Shown: positions 1 to 15,055, counted from the first letter of the stretch. The stretch: DNA of 64,000 nucleotides from Macrostomum hystrix (GCA_950097015.1 CATNEN010000038.1:34844001-34908000), one strand, 5' to 3'. Notes: generated from the letters alone by a model not told the origin. Program-made: numbers and translations.

Positions 1-811
1 TGACACTGATGTCGAAGCACCGAATCCTCCGGATTTTCAAACCCAAATCCTCTTGATTTCGAACCCCAAATCCCCCTGATTTCCATTAACCAATTATTGC
101 TCAATAGCATAGAATTCCGTTGTTAGACTTTTGCAGGAAATTCGTTGCGTATTTCACCACGCAGGTGATCTTGATATATTTTCACCTTTCACCCGAACCT
201 GCAATTCACCTTTCTAACCGCAATCGCAATCAGGATATAGAACAGGCACTTTGCCTCCGTCATCACTGATTTAACAGTGCAATATCGATATAACATTAAC
301 AATTGTTGCAACTAATTGCATTTACAGGACGAGACGAGTGCAAAAGCACTAAAATATTGCACAAAAAGGTTTTGCCATTGCGCTGTCTATACAAAATCAA
401 CGGTCACAAAATTTTTGTACTGTTAGTTAGAGTGCGCGCCGTACTGATTATAAAAGTCTTCAATACAACGAATTAGCGAGCACATGAATAATACATAAAA
501 TGATCAGAGCTTGAGGCGACTTGCATGCACAAGAATAATAATCCAGACCCTGGTTTTAACTTACTCACTTCCGCTGAGAATTTCTCTTAAGCTATGAAAT
601 TATTCTGTATTCCAACATTGGTGTGCCACAAAAGTCTAGCGTATTTTATGCTGGAAATGCAAAACTCTACTTATAGTATTGAGTAGAGAATGAGCCAATC
701 AATCAAAAGGCTGCGTACATAAAGATTTTCAGTTCATGCGTGGCGCCAAACTTAATTAAATTTCTGTCCCAGCAAATGCTAACAGCAAATGGGAATTAAG
801 CATAGGCTGGA

Positions 812-1264
812 ATTGCCGACCAGCCTGTTCCCCGCAGCCTTGTACAGCGATCCCTTGAACTGGCTGCCACTGACGCCGCTCACCCATCGATAGTCGGCTG
901 GACACAGTCGGCCCGGCTCGAGACCCTCCGACTACTTGACGAACACTCGGAGCCTCCTGCTGCCGCAGCCGCTGCTCCACGAGCTGGGATCGAGCAGCAG
1001 CTGCGAGCTGCAAGCATCGAATGCGAACAGCAGGCAGAGCTGCTGCGTCGTCGGAGTCGACGGCTCCATGGCGAAGGCTCGGCACCTCGGAGCTGTCCGA
1101 CAGCGGAGTGCGCATGCAGCGATGTCAAGATTGAGCAGCTGCAGGTGCTGATGGGACACGCAGTTCGAGGTCCAAATCGGGTGGAATGATGTTCTCGGTG
1201 TGCAGCCGCTCACCGCATTGCAGAGCAGCTGGAGAAGCAGAAATATTCTCCAAGACGACAGCAT
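812..1264 (-). pseudogene. Truncated copy A of the PAN/apple + C-type lectin-like gene
   Basis: Near-identical to 3022..3864 from the ATG at 1264. CAG>TAG nonsense change after ...RVFVK (932-934). Homology continues to about 812 (YKAAGNR) and then stops, so most of the lectin domain is missing. Confidence 0.85.
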
Positions 1265-3021
1265 TTTCTCAATGTCTCACAATATACTACTCAGCGCATA
1301 CAGAACAACTCTGACATTATTGTTTCTAAGCAATTTTGGTTAAGTTTATTGTCTCTTTGTCTCAAATCTTCTTTTAATTTTCACACGGCTCGCAAAGCTT
1401 AGAACGTATACCCCGGTGAGGATTGTAACTGTTTTGAGCTCCCTAATGCAGCATTATTTGCTTACTGACGTTAACGTGTATAAGTCAATCCAAAAACGAC
1501 ATATTTACCTAGTTTAACTCCATTACACTAATGCATAGCTGATGTCAGGCGTTTGCACTCAAAGCAGTTTGTGAAATATGCTCTTAGCTCGTGTTTAAAC
1601 AAAACAAGCAAGCTTCGATAAGCCGACAAAGTTCTAAGAATATTTCTGGAAAGTTATTTCGTTATTTACCACAATAAATAACCGAACCAAAACAGCGAAC
1701 CCGTGTTACTTTTGAGCTTTTCACGTTTTTCACATAAAAATGTCAATGAAACGAAAATAAAATGAGGATCAATCATTCACAAACGAAGCTTTCTAGAATT
1801 CATTGCAGCAACATGTTTTGCAAGATATATTAAAAGAACAGCATTGGATCTACTTCCAATTGAAAAGTTAGCAACCTTTTTTGTTAATGACGTGAAAAGT
1901 TCCTATCTCACTAGTGTATTTATCCGTGAAAATCTGCCTTTAATAAATTTTCCGAGAAACGAAGTGTCCCGTCCTTCTTCTTCAAGTGGTGCTTGAACCC
2001 AGCATTTTCATATTCGAGTTGGCCATAGACAGCAGTCACTGTATGGCGCTCAGTGTCCAATTTAAGAGCCCGCTGTCCCCAGTAGACCGTAAAAACAATT
2101 ATTATTCGAGTACAATGCACATAACGTTGTACGCTCGTAGTTGTTGCGAACTGTGGTGTTTAAAAAGTTTTGCGGGGTACGTTACCAAAAATGCATAGAA
2201 AACTAAAGCACCTATTTAGTGTCTCATTCCATCAACGTGCGAGGTGTTGGATGCTAGAAAACGACAGATTTCAATTTCGAGAACAGCCAGAAGTCGAGAA
2301 GCCAGGGTGGGACATCGAAGTGATGTAGTCAAGGCCAGGCCGTAAGAGATTTAAAACGAGCGAGAGGAATCATGATTCGATTTGAACAAATCAAATCATT
2401 GTGAGCTTATAATGATCGGCACAGGAGCGGTATAATCTTTCTAACAGTATTTTTAATTATCCCAAACCAGCAACAGTGATTAGGCGATGCCTATTTTAAC
2501 TGTTTAATTTTCTTTCTGCCTCTCAGCGGGCCAATTATCCCTGATGGGGATCGCTAAATAAGCCCGTTAGTTTGAAATAGAGCGTCCTCTGGCGAGCTTG
2601 GAGCAGATAAAACACATAACAGTCAGAATCGCGTCCTTGGCAACGGATATGATGCATGGCCGCGTCCCTCCCATCATCATGACACGCACAAACTGGCTGG
2701 TTCTCTAAAAAGAAAAAATATTTTGCACTGCAATGCCCGATAACGTAAATTTAAATTTGCTTAAGTTATCGTAAAACTTTTATTTCCCAACAACGCATTT
2801 GGGGTTGAGTTAACAGATCAAATGGCAATGGTCTCGCAGTCTTGCCTCAGTGATTACAGAAACCTATTGAAGTATTGCGCCATTGCGAACAAGTTATCTC
2901 ACGCGAGCAAACTAAGTAGATCAGTAAGCCAACAAGGACACAATTGAAGAAGAAAACAAGAACATTCAGCTGGGTAGCAGCCTCCTTAAGTCCTAAGCTT
3001 GAACGGCTTGATGACTGCTCT

Positions 3022-3864
3022 TCATAGGCCAGAAGTAGTGAAGAACGAAAACGGATCAGAGCACTCGCAGGCGCCGTAGAACTGCAAACTGGCGGGTCGG
3101 TCCGAGAGGCCCGAGCTCATAATCCTGGCCCTAATGTCGCCGCTGTTTGCTTCGTTGGGCTCGTCAGTGTTCCACAGTCCGCCATTGCCGGTGGTACTGA
3201 GAGGCAGCGGCCAGCCGCAGTCAGACCAGGCCCAGCTGCCGTTGCCCAGTGGCGTGGCGCCAACCCAGATGTCACCACTGGCGAGTTCAATGGACGTCCT
3301 CACATCCTGGAGCTCCTGGACGCTGCTCAGATCGGCCAGCTTCGTCAGCGGCATGGCGGAGCCGTCCGAGATGTTCAGGAAGCTCCGGCAGCTGACAGCC
3401 TGGGCGTTCCAACTACCGACTTCCCTGTTCCCCGCAGCCTTGTACAGTGATCCCTTGAACTGGCTGCTGCTGACGCCGCTCACCCATCGATAGTCGGCTG
3501 GACACAGTCGGCCCGGCTCGAGACCCTCCGACTGCTTGACGAACACTCGGAGCCTCCTGCTGCCGCAGCCGCTGCTCCACGAGCTGGGATCGAGCAGCAG
3601 CTGCGAGCTGCAAGCATCGAATGCGAACAGCAGGCAAAGCTGCTGCGTCGTCGGAGTCGACGGCTCCATGGCGAAGGCTCGGCACCTCGGAGCTGTCCGA
3701 CAGCGGAGTGCGCATGCAGCGATGTCAAGACTGAGCAGCTGCAGGTGCTGATGAGACACGCAGTTCGAGGTCCAAATCGGGTGGAATGATGTTCTCGGTG
3801 TGCAGCCGCTCACCGCATTGCAGAGCAGCTGGAGAAGCAGAAATATTCTCCAAGACGACAGCAT
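3022..3864 (-). CDS. Secreted PAN/apple-like + C-type lectin-like protein, copy B (intronless)
   Basis: Signal peptide MLSSWRIFLLLQLLCNAVSG from the ATG at 3864. PAN-like Cys pattern ACALRCRTAPRCRAF...LCLL. CTLD-like motifs CPADY, KLADLSS, IWVGA, WAWSD, LW..DEPN, CEC. Confidence 0.8.
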   Translation of the reverse strand: MLSSWRIFLLLQLLCNAVSGCTPRTSFHPIWTSNCVSHQHLQLLSLDIAACALRCRTAPRCRAFAMEPSTPTTQQLCLLFAFDACSSQLLLDPSSWSSGCGSRRLRVFVKQSEGLEPGRLCPADYRWVSGVSSSQFKGSLYKAAGNREVGSWNAQAVSCRSFLNISDGSAMPLTKLADLSSVQELQDVRTSIELASGDIWVGATPLGNGSWAWSDCGWPLPLSTTGNGGLWNTDEPNEANSGDIRARIMSSGLSDRPASLQFYGACECSDPFSFFTTSGL

Positions 3865-4752
3865 TTTCTTAATGTTTTTAGTTTCTAAATATGCCAAAAG
3901 CTAGTAACTGCCAAAAGCTAGCAACTAGTTAGATGAACATTGAGAAACGGAATTTAGCCTTAATCCAATGCCTATCTTGTGTGCTTGACAGAACTGTTGT
4001 TTCATTGGTCCTACTGGCTCCATTTGCCATTTTAATGATCCCAGCTATCCAATCACGCAACATGGTCAGCCTTCAGACAGTCACGTGATGGCATGATCGA
4101 ATTTCGCTCAGAATTTGAGTCTGAGTAGGCCTAATTAGTAGGCCAATACGGCACTTCTAAGCAGGCCCATAGAGTTCCTTGAGAGTCAAGACAGTCTCAT
4201 AATTTTAGTGCGGAAACAGGGGCAAGAGAAAGTGCTTTTCAGATGCAGAGAATTCCAAGTGGTTTACGTAAAGCGACATCTGCCGCAGCAGCATCAGCAA
4301 GTGCCATTATGCATCGCTTTCTAAAAGATGCTAATTGACTCCAGAAGCCAGGTCGATTCTAAGGTAACCAATGGCCTGCCCTAGAATCTCAGCTGGCACG
4401 TTGTGTAAATAGCGAGGCTCTACAATGACAACAAATTATAGGTACCAAAATTAGAAATTGTAGCCGAACCACAGATAATATATAACTGTATATATTATCT
4501 GTGAGCCGAACCACTGAGTTAACTAAAAGACATAGGCATTATTCTAAGCTCGTAAATAATAAAATATTATATAATAAAATTAAAAAAATAAAAAAAAATA
4601 ATAATAAAAAATAAAAAACATTTTTTTTATAAAACGTAGGACCATTGACATTGAGCAGTACACTTAACTCCTTAGTCATTTAAGTTCGTCCAAGCTGAAA
4701 AACCGTTAACAGCATAGAAATTTTGCTGGCGATGAAATTTGCAGGTGTAGGA

Positions 4753-7702
4753 TTAGATTTTTGCTGATCTGCATTAGATTCTTGCTGAACTGCATTAGAT
4801 TCATGCTGAACTGAATTAGATTCACACTGAACTGCATTAGATTCTTGCTGAACTGCATTAGATTCTTGCAATACTGTATTGCATTCTTGCTCAACTGCAT
4901 TAGATTCTTGCTGATCTGCATTATATTCTTGCTGATCTGCATTAGATTCTTGCTGAACTGCATTAGATTCTTGCTGATCTGCATTAGATTCTTGCTGAAC
5001 TGCATTAGATTCTTGCTGAACTGTATTGCATTCTTGCTCAACTGCATTAGATTCTTGCTGAACTGCATTAGATTCTTGCTGAACTGCATTAGATTCTTGC
5101 TGAACTGCATTAGATTCTTGCTGATCTGCATTATATTCTTGCTGAACTGCATTAGATTCTTGCTGAACTGCATTAGATTCTTGCTGAACTGCATTATATT
5201 CTTGCTGAACTGCATTAGATTCTTGCTGAACTGCATTAGATTCTTGCTGAACTGCATTAGATTCTTGCTGATCTGCATTAGATTCTTGCTGAACTGCATT
5301 AGATTCTTGCTGATCTGCATTATATTCTTGCTGAACTGCATTAGATTCTTGCTGAACTGCATTAGATTCTTGCTGAACTGCATTATATTCTTGCTGAACT
5401 GCATTAGATTCTTGCTCAACTGCATTAGATTCTTGCTGAACTGCATTAGATTCTTGCTGAACTGCATTAGATTCTTGCTCAACTGCATTAGATTCTTGCT
5501 CAACTGCATTAGATTCTTGCTGAACTGCATTAGATTCTTGCTGAACTGCATTAGATTCTTGCTGATCTGCATTAGATTCTTGCTGAACTGCATTAGATTC
5601 TTGCTCAACTGCATTATATTCTTGCTGAACTGCATTATATTCTTGCTGAACTGCATTAGATTCTTGCTGAACTGCATTAGATTCTTGCTGATCTGCATTA
5701 TATTCTTGCTGAACTGCATTAGATTCTTGCTGAACTGCATTAGATTCTTGCTGAACTGCATTAGATTCTTGCTGAACTGCATTATATTCTTGCTGAACTG
5801 CATTAGATTCTTGCTGATCTGCATTATATTCTTGCTGAACTGCATTAGATTCTTGCTGATCTGCATTATATTCTTGCTGAACTGCATTAGATTCTTGCTG
5901 AACTGCATTAGATTCTTGCTGATCTGCATTAGATTCTTGCTGAACTGCATTAGATTCTTGCTGAACTGTATTGCATTCTTGCTCAACTGCATTAGATTCT
6001 TGCTGAACTGCATTAGATTCTTGCTGAACTGCATTAGATTCTTGCTGAACTGCATTAGATTCTTGCTCAACTGCATTAGATTCTTGCTCAACTGCATTAG
6101 ATTCTTGCTGAACTGCATTAGATTCTTGCTGAACTGCATTAGATTCTTGCTGATCTGCATTAGATTCTTGCTGAACTGCATTAGATTCTTGCTCAACTGC
6201 ATTATATTCTTGCTGAACTGCATTATATTCTTGCTGAACTGCATTAGATTCTTGCTGAACTGCATTAGATTCTTGCTGATCTGCATTATATTCTTGCTGA
6301 ACTGCATTAGATTCTTGCTGAACTGCATTAGATTCTTGCTGAACTGCATTAGATTCTTGCTGAACTGCATTATATTCTTGCTGAACTGCATTAGATTCTT
6401 GCTGATCTGCATTATATTCTTGCTGAACTGCATTAGATTCTTGCTGATCTGCATTATATTCTTGCTGAACTGCATTAGATTCTTGCTGAACTGCATTAGA
6501 TTCTTGCTGATCTGCATTAGATTCTTGCTGAACTGCATTATATTCTTGCTGAACTGCATTATATTCTTGCTGAACTGCATTATATTCTTGCTGAACTGCA
6601 TTAGATTCTTGCTGAACTGCATTAGATTCTTGCTGATCTGCATTATATTCTTGCTGAACTGCATTAGATTCTTGCTGAACTGCATTAGATTCTTGCTGAA
6701 CTGCATTATATTCTTGCTGAACTGCATTAGATTCTTGCTCAACTGCATTATATTCTTGCTGAACTGCATTAGATTCTTGCTGAACTGCATTATATTCTTG
6801 CTGAACTGCATTAGATTCTTGCTCAACTGCATTATATTCTTGCTGAACTGCATTATATTCTTGCTCAACTGCATTATATTCTTGCTGAACTGCATTAGAT
6901 TCTTGCTGAACTGCATTAGATTCTTGCTCAACTGCATTAGATTCTTGCTCAACTGCATTAGATTCTTGCTGAACTGCATTAGATTCTTGCTGAACTGCAT
7001 TAGATTCTTGCTGATCTGCATTAGATTCTTGCTGAACTGCATTAGATTCTTGCTCAACTGCATTATATTCTTGCTGAACTGCATTAGATTCTTGCTGAAC
7101 TGCATTAGATTCTTGCTGAACTGCATTAGATTCTTGCTGAACTGCATTAGATTCTTCCTATAATGCATTAGATTCTTGCTGATCTGCATTAGATTCTTGC
7201 TGAACTGCATTACATTCTTGCTGAACTGCATTAGATTCTTGCTGAACTGCATTAGATTCTTCCTATAATGCATTAGATTCTATCTGAACTGCATTAGATT
7301 CACACTGAAATGCATTAGATTCTTGCTGATCTGCATTAGATTCATGCTGAACTGCATTAGATTCACACTGAACTGCATTAGATTCTTGCTGATCTGCATT
7401 AGATTCATGCTGAACTGCATTAGATTCATGCTGAACTGCATTAGATTCATGCTGAACTGCATTAGATTCACACTGAACTGCATTAGATTCTTCCTATAAT
7501 GCATTAGATTCTTGCCAAACTGCATTAGATTCTTGCTGATCTGCATTAGATTCTTGCTGATCTGCATTATATTCTTGCTGATCTGCATGAGATTCTTGCC
7601 GAACTGCATTAGATTCTTGCTGAACTGCATTAGATTCATGCTGAACTACATTTGATTCTTGCAATACTGTATTGCATTCTTGCTCAACTGCATAATATTC
7701 TT
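4753..7702. repeat. 21-bp minisatellite (TTCTTGCTGAACTGCATTAGA)n
   Basis: Direct tandem array of about 2.9 kb; accounts for the 855-aa and 772-aa repeat ORFs. Confidence 0.97.
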
Positions 7703-8224
7703 ATGCCTAAATTAGGTAAAAATTGAAAAAAAAATTATCTGACGACTGACATGCAGCTAGACGCCCAATTCCCTAGTCATTTGAGCTCATCCATGCAGCT
7801 GTGAGACTCGGGCAGCATATAATTTTGCAGGTTGATATTTGCACGCTGGTATTCTTCTAGAAATCTCTCATCTATATGAGAGATACAGTTCAGACATTCA
7901 CAAAAGTAGTAAAGTACTAAAACACAGCCACAAAAAATTGGAAGAACACTATCAGAAAAATCGGTGCCCATTAAGTGTGGCGGGAGACGATTGCTTGTGG
8001 CAATGCCTGACGAACGAAGCAAATAGGCCGAAAGCCGCTGTTGATCTGCTAGCCATTAAAATGTCTTTACCAAATGACAATATTGCACATTGTCCTCATT
8101 CGTACGCTTAAATGTTGCTGCTTTGATGGCTTGAAATTTTTGATGCAGACCTCCTTCGACCCGACTTAAACTGCGTGTCTCCTCAGCACCTGAAGCGGCT
8201 CAATCATGACATCGCGGCCTCCGC

Positions 8225-10551
8225 GAGACAGGAGAGATAGGACAGGACAGGGGAGATATAGGACAAAAGAGATATGGGACAGGGGATATATGAGACGGAA
8301 GAGATATGGGACAGGAGAGATGGGACAGGAGAGATATGGGACAGGAGAGATATTGGACAAAAGAGATATGGGACAGGGCATATATGAGACGGAAGAGATA
8401 TGGGACAGGAGAGATGGGACAGGAGAGATGGGACAGGAGAGATATGGGACGAGAGAGATATGGGACAGGAGAGATTTGGGACAGGAGAGATATGGGACGA
8501 GAGAGATATAGGACAGGAGAGATGGGACAGGAGAGATATGGGACGAGAGAGTTATGGGACAGGAGAGATGGGACAGGAGAGATATGGGACAGGAGAGATA
8601 TGGGACAGGAGATATGGGACAGGAGAGACATGGGACAGGAGAGAGATATGGGACAGGAGATATGGGACAGGAGAGATGGGACAGGAGAGATGGGACAGGA
8701 GAGATGGGACAGGAGAGATGGGACAGGAGAGATGGGACAGGAGAGATATGGGACGAGAGAGTTATGGGACAGGAGAGATGGGACAGGAGAGATATGGGAC
8801 AGGAGAGATATGGGACAGGAGATATGGGACAGGAGAGACATGGGACAGGAGAGAGATATGGGACAGGAGATATGGGACAGGAGAGATGGGACAGGAGAGA
8901 TATGGGACAGGAGAGATATGGGACGAGAGAGATATAGGACAGGAGAGATGGGACAGGAGAGATATGGGACGAGAGAGATATGGGACAGGAGAGATGGGAC
9001 AGGAGAGATATGGGACAGGAGAGAGATATGGGACAGGAGATATGGGACAGGAGAGATGGGACAGGAGAGATGAGACAGGAGAGATGGGACAGGAGAGATG
9101 GGACAGGAGAGATGGGACAGGAGAGATATGGGACGAGAGAGTTATGGGACAGGAGAGATGGGACAGGAGAGATATGGGACAGGAGAGATATGGGACAGGA
9201 GATATGGGACAGGAGAGACATGGGACAGGAGAGAGATATGGGACAGGAGATATGGGACAGGAGAGATGGGACAGGAGAGATATGGGACAGGAGAGATATG
9301 GGACGAGAGAGATATAGGACAGGAGAGATGGGACAGGAGAGATATGGGACAGGAGAGATATGGGACAGGAGATATGGGACAGGAGAGACATGGGACAGGA
9401 GAGAGATATGGGACAGGAGATATGGGACAGGAGAGATGGGACAGGAGAGATATGGGACAGGAGAGATATGGGACGAGAGAGATATAGGACAGGAGAGATG
9501 GGACAGGAGAGATGGGACAGGAGAGATATGGGACGAGAGAGATATGGGACGAGAGAGATATGGGACAGGAGAGATGGGACAGGAGAGATGGGACAGGAGA
9601 GATGGGACAGGAGAGATGGGACAGGAGAGATATGGGACAGGAGAGATATGGGACGAGAGAGATATAGGACAGGAGAGATGGGACAGGAGAGATGGGACAG
9701 GAGAGATATGGGACAGGAGAGATGGGACAGGAGAGATGGGACAGGAGAGATGGGACAGGAGAGATGGGACAGGAGAGATGGGACAGGAGAGATGGGACAG
9801 GAGAGATGGGACAGGAGAGATGGGACAGGAGAGATGGGACAGGAGAGATGGGACAGGAGAGATGGGACAGGAGAGATGGGACAGGAGAGATATGGGACAG
9901 GAGAGATATGGGACAGGAGAGATATGGGACGAGAGAGATATAGGACAGGAGAGATGGGACAGGAGAGATGGGACAGGAGAGATATGGGACAGGAGAGATG
10001 GGACAGGAGAGATGGGACAGGAGAGATGGGACAGGAGAGATGGGACAGGAGAGATGGGACAGGAGAGATGGGACAGGAGAGATGGGACAGGAGAGATGGG
10101 ACAGGAGAGATGGGACAGGAGAGATGGGACAGGAGAGATGGGACAGGAGAGATGGGACAGGAGAGATATGGGACAGGAGAGATGGGACAGGAGAGATATG
10201 GGACAGGAGAGATATGGGACAGGAGAGATGGGACAGGAGAGAGATGGGACAGGAGAGATATGGGACAGGAGATATGGGACAGGAGAGATATGGGACAGGA
10301 GAGATGGGACAGGAGAGAGATGGGACAGGAGAGATATGGGACAGGAGAGATGGGACAGGAGAGATATGGGACAGGAGAGATGGGACAGGAGAGATATGGG
10401 ACAGGAGAGATATGGGACAGGAGATATGGGACAGGAGATATGGGACAGGAGAGACATGGGACAGGAGAGAGATATGGGACAGGAGATATGGGACAGGAGA
10501 GATATGGGACAGGAGAGATATGGGACAGGAGAGACATGGGACAGGAGAGAG
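8225..10551. repeat. Purine-rich 13/15-bp minisatellite (GGGACAGGAGAGAT[AT])n
   Basis: Tandem array with length variants; the same family occurs inverted at 18643..18960. Confidence 0.97.
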
Positions 10552-11024
10552 ACTAGACCAAGATGTTGTGTATCGTGTGCTCGTTTAGCTTTCGGTACGC
10601 TCACTACAATGTGCATTGCTAGACTGTAGATGAACTGATTGTCTATCGCTCTCAAATATACATTCTATCGATTGCCAGCTTTGCCAGCTTTGACTTACTT
10701 GACTGCCGAGTCAAGTAAGTCAAGTAAGTCAAGCCAGCTTTGGCTCTACAGTCTCCCATCGGAACTAATATTTTGCATAAGCTAAGCTACTTTGCGGTAC
10801 CAACATGTCAATTGTTAACAGCTAAATGAAAAATTTTCACTTTTAATTGCTTGAAGCACAGCTGATTAGGTAAAACAGTCAGACACTCAAGCTGCAGCTG
10901 AAATGTTTTTCGCTTGTAGCTAAACATAACTAGCAAGTTTTGCCCCCTTCGGGGAGCAGAAATATTTTAAATTTGTCTAGTATATACTTCTTAGCAGCTG
11001 TATTTTCAGCTTTTTTAAAGATAC

Positions 11025-12909
11025 AATGATCCCAAGTTAAAAATGATCACCCGGTTGACAATGATCACCCATTTGACAATGATCCCCCAGTTGACAATGA
11101 TCACCCGGTTGACAATGATCACCCACTTGACAATGATCCCCCAGTTGACAATGATCCCCCAGTTGACAATGATCCCCCAGTTGACAATGATCCCCCAGTT
11201 GACAATGATCCCCCAGTTGACAATGATCCCCCAGTTGACAATGATCACCCACTTGACAATGATCCCCCAGTTGACAATGATCCCCCAGTTGACAATGATC
11301 CCCCAGTTGACAATGATCACCCATTTGATGATGATCCCCCAGTTGACCATGATCCCCCATTTGATGATGATCACCCACTTGACAATGATCCCCCAGTTGA
11401 CAATGATCACCCACTTGACAATGATCCCCCAGTTGACAATGATCCCCCATTTGATGATGATCCCCCAGTTGACCATGATCCCCCAGTTGACAATGATCCC
11501 CCAGTTGATGATGATCCCCCAGTTGACCATGATCCCCCAGTTGACAATGATCCCCCAGTTGACAATGATCACCCACTTGACAATGATCCCCCAGTTGACA
11601 ATGATCCCCCATTTGATGATGATCCCCCAGTTGACAATGATCCCCCAGTTGACAATGATCCCCCAGTTGACAATGATCCCCCAGTTGACAATGATCCCCC
11701 AGTTGACAATGATCACCCACTTGACAATGATCCCCCAGTTGACAATGATCCCCCAGTTGACAATGATCCCCCAGTTGACAATGATCACCCATTTGATGAT
11801 GATCCCCCAGTTGACCATGATCCCCCATTTGATGATGATCACCCACTTGACAATGATCCCCCAGTTGACAATGATCACCCACTTGACAATGATCCCCCAG
11901 TTGACAATGATCCCCCATTTGATGATGATCCCCCAGTTGACCATGATCCCCCAGTTGACAATGATCCCCCAGTTGATGATGATCCCCCAGTTGACCATGA
12001 TCCCCCAGTTGACAATGATCCCCCAGTTGACAATGATCCCCCAGTTGACAATGATCACCCACTTGACAATGATCCCCCAGTTGACCATGATCCCCCATTT
12101 GATGATGATCCCCCACTTGACAATGATCCCCCAGTTGACCATGATCCCCCATTTGATGATGATCCCCCAGTTGACCATGATCCCCCAGTTGACAATGATC
12201 ACCCAGTTGACAATGATCCCCCAGTTGACAATGATCACCCAGTTGACAATGATCACCCAGTTGACAATGATCCCCCAGTTGACAATGATCCCCCAGTTGA
12301 CAATGATCCCCCAGTTGACAATGATCCCCCAGTTGACAATGATCCCCCAGTTGACAATGATCACCCACTTGACAATGATCCCCCAGTTGACAATGATCCC
12401 CCATTTGATGATGATCCCCCAGTTGACCATGATCCCCCAGTTGACATTGATCCCCCAGTTGATGATGATCCCCCAGTTGACCATGATCCCCCAGTTGACA
12501 ATGATCCCCCAGTTGACAATGATCCCCCAGTTGACAATGATCCCCAGTTGACAATGATCCCCCAGTTGGCAATGATCCCCCAGTTGAGAATGATCCCCTA
12601 GTTGACCATGATCCCCCAGTTGAAAATTATCCCCCAGTTGACCATGATACCCCGTTTGATGATGACTCCCCATTGATGATGATCACCCACTTGACAATGA
12701 TCCCCCAGTTGACCATGATCCCCCATTTGATGATGATCCCCCAGTTGACCATGATCCCCCACTTGACAATGATCCCCCAGTTGACCATGATCCCCCATTT
12801 GATGATGATCCCCCAGTTGACCATGATCCCCCAGTTGAAAATTATCCCCCAGTTGACCATGATCCCCCGTTTGATGATGACTCCCCATTGATGATGATCC
12901 CCAGTTGAC
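11025..12909. repeat. 18-bp minisatellite (ACAATGATCCCCCAGTTG)n inside the Helitron
   Basis: Tandem array of about 1.9 kb; 2-3 units of the same motif lie at about 16775-16822 in the short Helitron copy. Confidence 0.97.
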
Positions 12910-13137
12910 TATGTTCCTCAGAAGAACGTAATATATTTTTATATTAGCTGCTTTTGTAGAAAACTGAGAAGAACAACATTAAATGAATAGTAGACGAAAA
13001 TTATTATCCTACAAATATATAGCTCGTGTCATTATGACGTTATAAGATAACAAAACTTTAATGTAGAGAATTCGATTCAATGAAAAAAGAAAAATTTTGC
13101 CATGATTCACACCCACCCTGGTTTTGACATGAAACAA

Positions 13138-14162
13138 ACTCTGGTTTAGCTATGATTCAAGCTCTGGTTTAGCCATGATTCAAACTCTTGGTTAGCCATG
13201 ATTCAAACTCTGGTTGGCCATGATTCAAATTCTGGTTTAGCCATGATTCAGACGCTGGTTTAGCCATGATTCAAACTCTGGTTTAGCCATGATTCAAACT
13301 CTGGTTTAGCCATGATTCAAATTCTGGTTTAGCCATGATTCAAATTCTGGTTTAGCCATGATTCAGACTCTGGTTTAGCCATGATTCAAATTCTGGTTTA
13401 GCCATGATTCAGACGCTGGTTTAGCCATGATTCAAGCTCTGGTTTAGCCATGATTCAAACTCTGGTTGGCCATGATTCAAATTCTGGTTTAGCCATGATT
13501 CAGACGCTGGTTTAGCCATGATTCAAACTCTAGTTTAGCCATGATTCAGACTCTGGTTTAGCCATGATTCAGACACTGGTTTTGCCATGATTCAAGCTCT
13601 GGTTTAGCCATGATTCAAGCTCTGGTTGGCCATGATTCAGACACTGGTTTAGCCATGATTCAGACTCTGGTTTAGCCATGATTCAGACTCTGGTTTAGCC
13701 ATGATTCAAACTCTGGTTTAGCCATGATTCAGACACTGGTTTAGCCATGATTCAGGCTCTGGTTTAGCCATGATTCAAATTCTGGTTTAGCCATGATTCA
13801 AATTCTGGTTTAGCCATGATTCAGACTCTGGTTTAGCCATGATTCAGACACTGGTTTTGCCATGATTCAAGCTCTGGTTTAGCCATGATTCAAGCTCTGG
13901 TTGGCCATGATTCAGACACTGGTTTAGCCATGATTCAGACTCTGGTTTAGCCATGATTCAGACTCTGGTTTAGCCATGATTCAGACTCTGGTTTAGCCAT
14001 GATTCAGACACTGGTTTAGCCATGATTCAGACTCTGGTTTAGCCATGATTCAGACTCTAGTTTAGGCATGATTCAGACTCTGGTTTAGCCATGATTCAGA
14101 CTCTGGTTTAGCTATGATTCAAACTCTGGTTTAGCCATGATTCAGAAACTGGTTTTGCCATG
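13138..14162. repeat. 23-bp minisatellite (GCCATGATTCAAACTCTGGTTTA)n
   Basis: Tandem array inside the long Helitron. Confidence 0.95.
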
Positions 14163-14652
14163 CAAAAGTGAATTAAAAGTTTCCCCTTTATTTTCAAAAA
14201 AAAATTTTTCTTTTGCATCCATCACTACTGACTGACAATTTGTTTAAATGATTTGACGCAGTGCAGAATCGAACCCTAGCCTAGCCTAACCTATTCCTAG
14301 TGCCTACACATCGGCTATTCCGACTGTTGGTTAGTGGGTGCAAATATCTGCCTTATAAAATGAATTCTCAAAGTTCTGGCTTTGTACAATGAAGTAAGAA
14401 AATAGAGTACACTCAGTCTCGCGGTTGGTTGCGTACATTTATTTCCAATTTGTCTCCAGAGTGCAGGCTTCAAATTCAATCAGCTAGGGTTTGTTGCGCA
14501 ATTTGACGATGCAATTCTAATTCAGTGGCAGTGAGTAAAATTCACAATAGGCCAAGATGGTTTGACCTTTGAAAAAATCTTGTTTTTCGAATATTTAATC
14601 CCCTTAGCAATAAAGTTAAGCTTAATAAAAATACGTGTAAAATTGTCCCCAT

Positions 14653-15055
14653 GTTAGCCATGATTCAAACTCTGGTTTAGCCATGATTCAAACTGTGGTG
14701 TAGCCATGATTCAAACTCTGGTGTAGCCATGATTCAGACTCTGGTGTAGCCATGATTCAAACTCTGGTGTAGCGATGATTCAGACTCTGGTTTAGCCATG
14801 ATTCAAACGCTGGTTTAGCAATGATTCAAACGCTGGTTTAGCCATGATTCAAACTCTTGGTTAGCCATGATTCAAACGCTGGTTTAGCCATGATTCAAAC
14901 TCTGGTGTAGCCATGATTCAGACTCTGGTTTAGCCATGATTCAAGTTCAAACGCTGGTTTAGCAATGATTCAAACGCTGGTTTAGCCATGATTCAAACTC
15001 TTGGTTAGCCATGATTCAAACGCTGGGTTAGCCATGATTCAGACTCTGGTTTAGC
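14653..15055. repeat. Second block of the 23-bp minisatellite
   Basis: Same unit as 13138..14162; flanked by a direct duplication of about 44 bp of Helitron sequence. Confidence 0.93.

Noticed and set aside
4706-12891. Long repetitive ORFs (855, 772, 829, 591, 552, 511, 502 aa and others)
   Set aside because: They are translations of minisatellites, open in several frames and on both strands, with no unique domain or gene structure.
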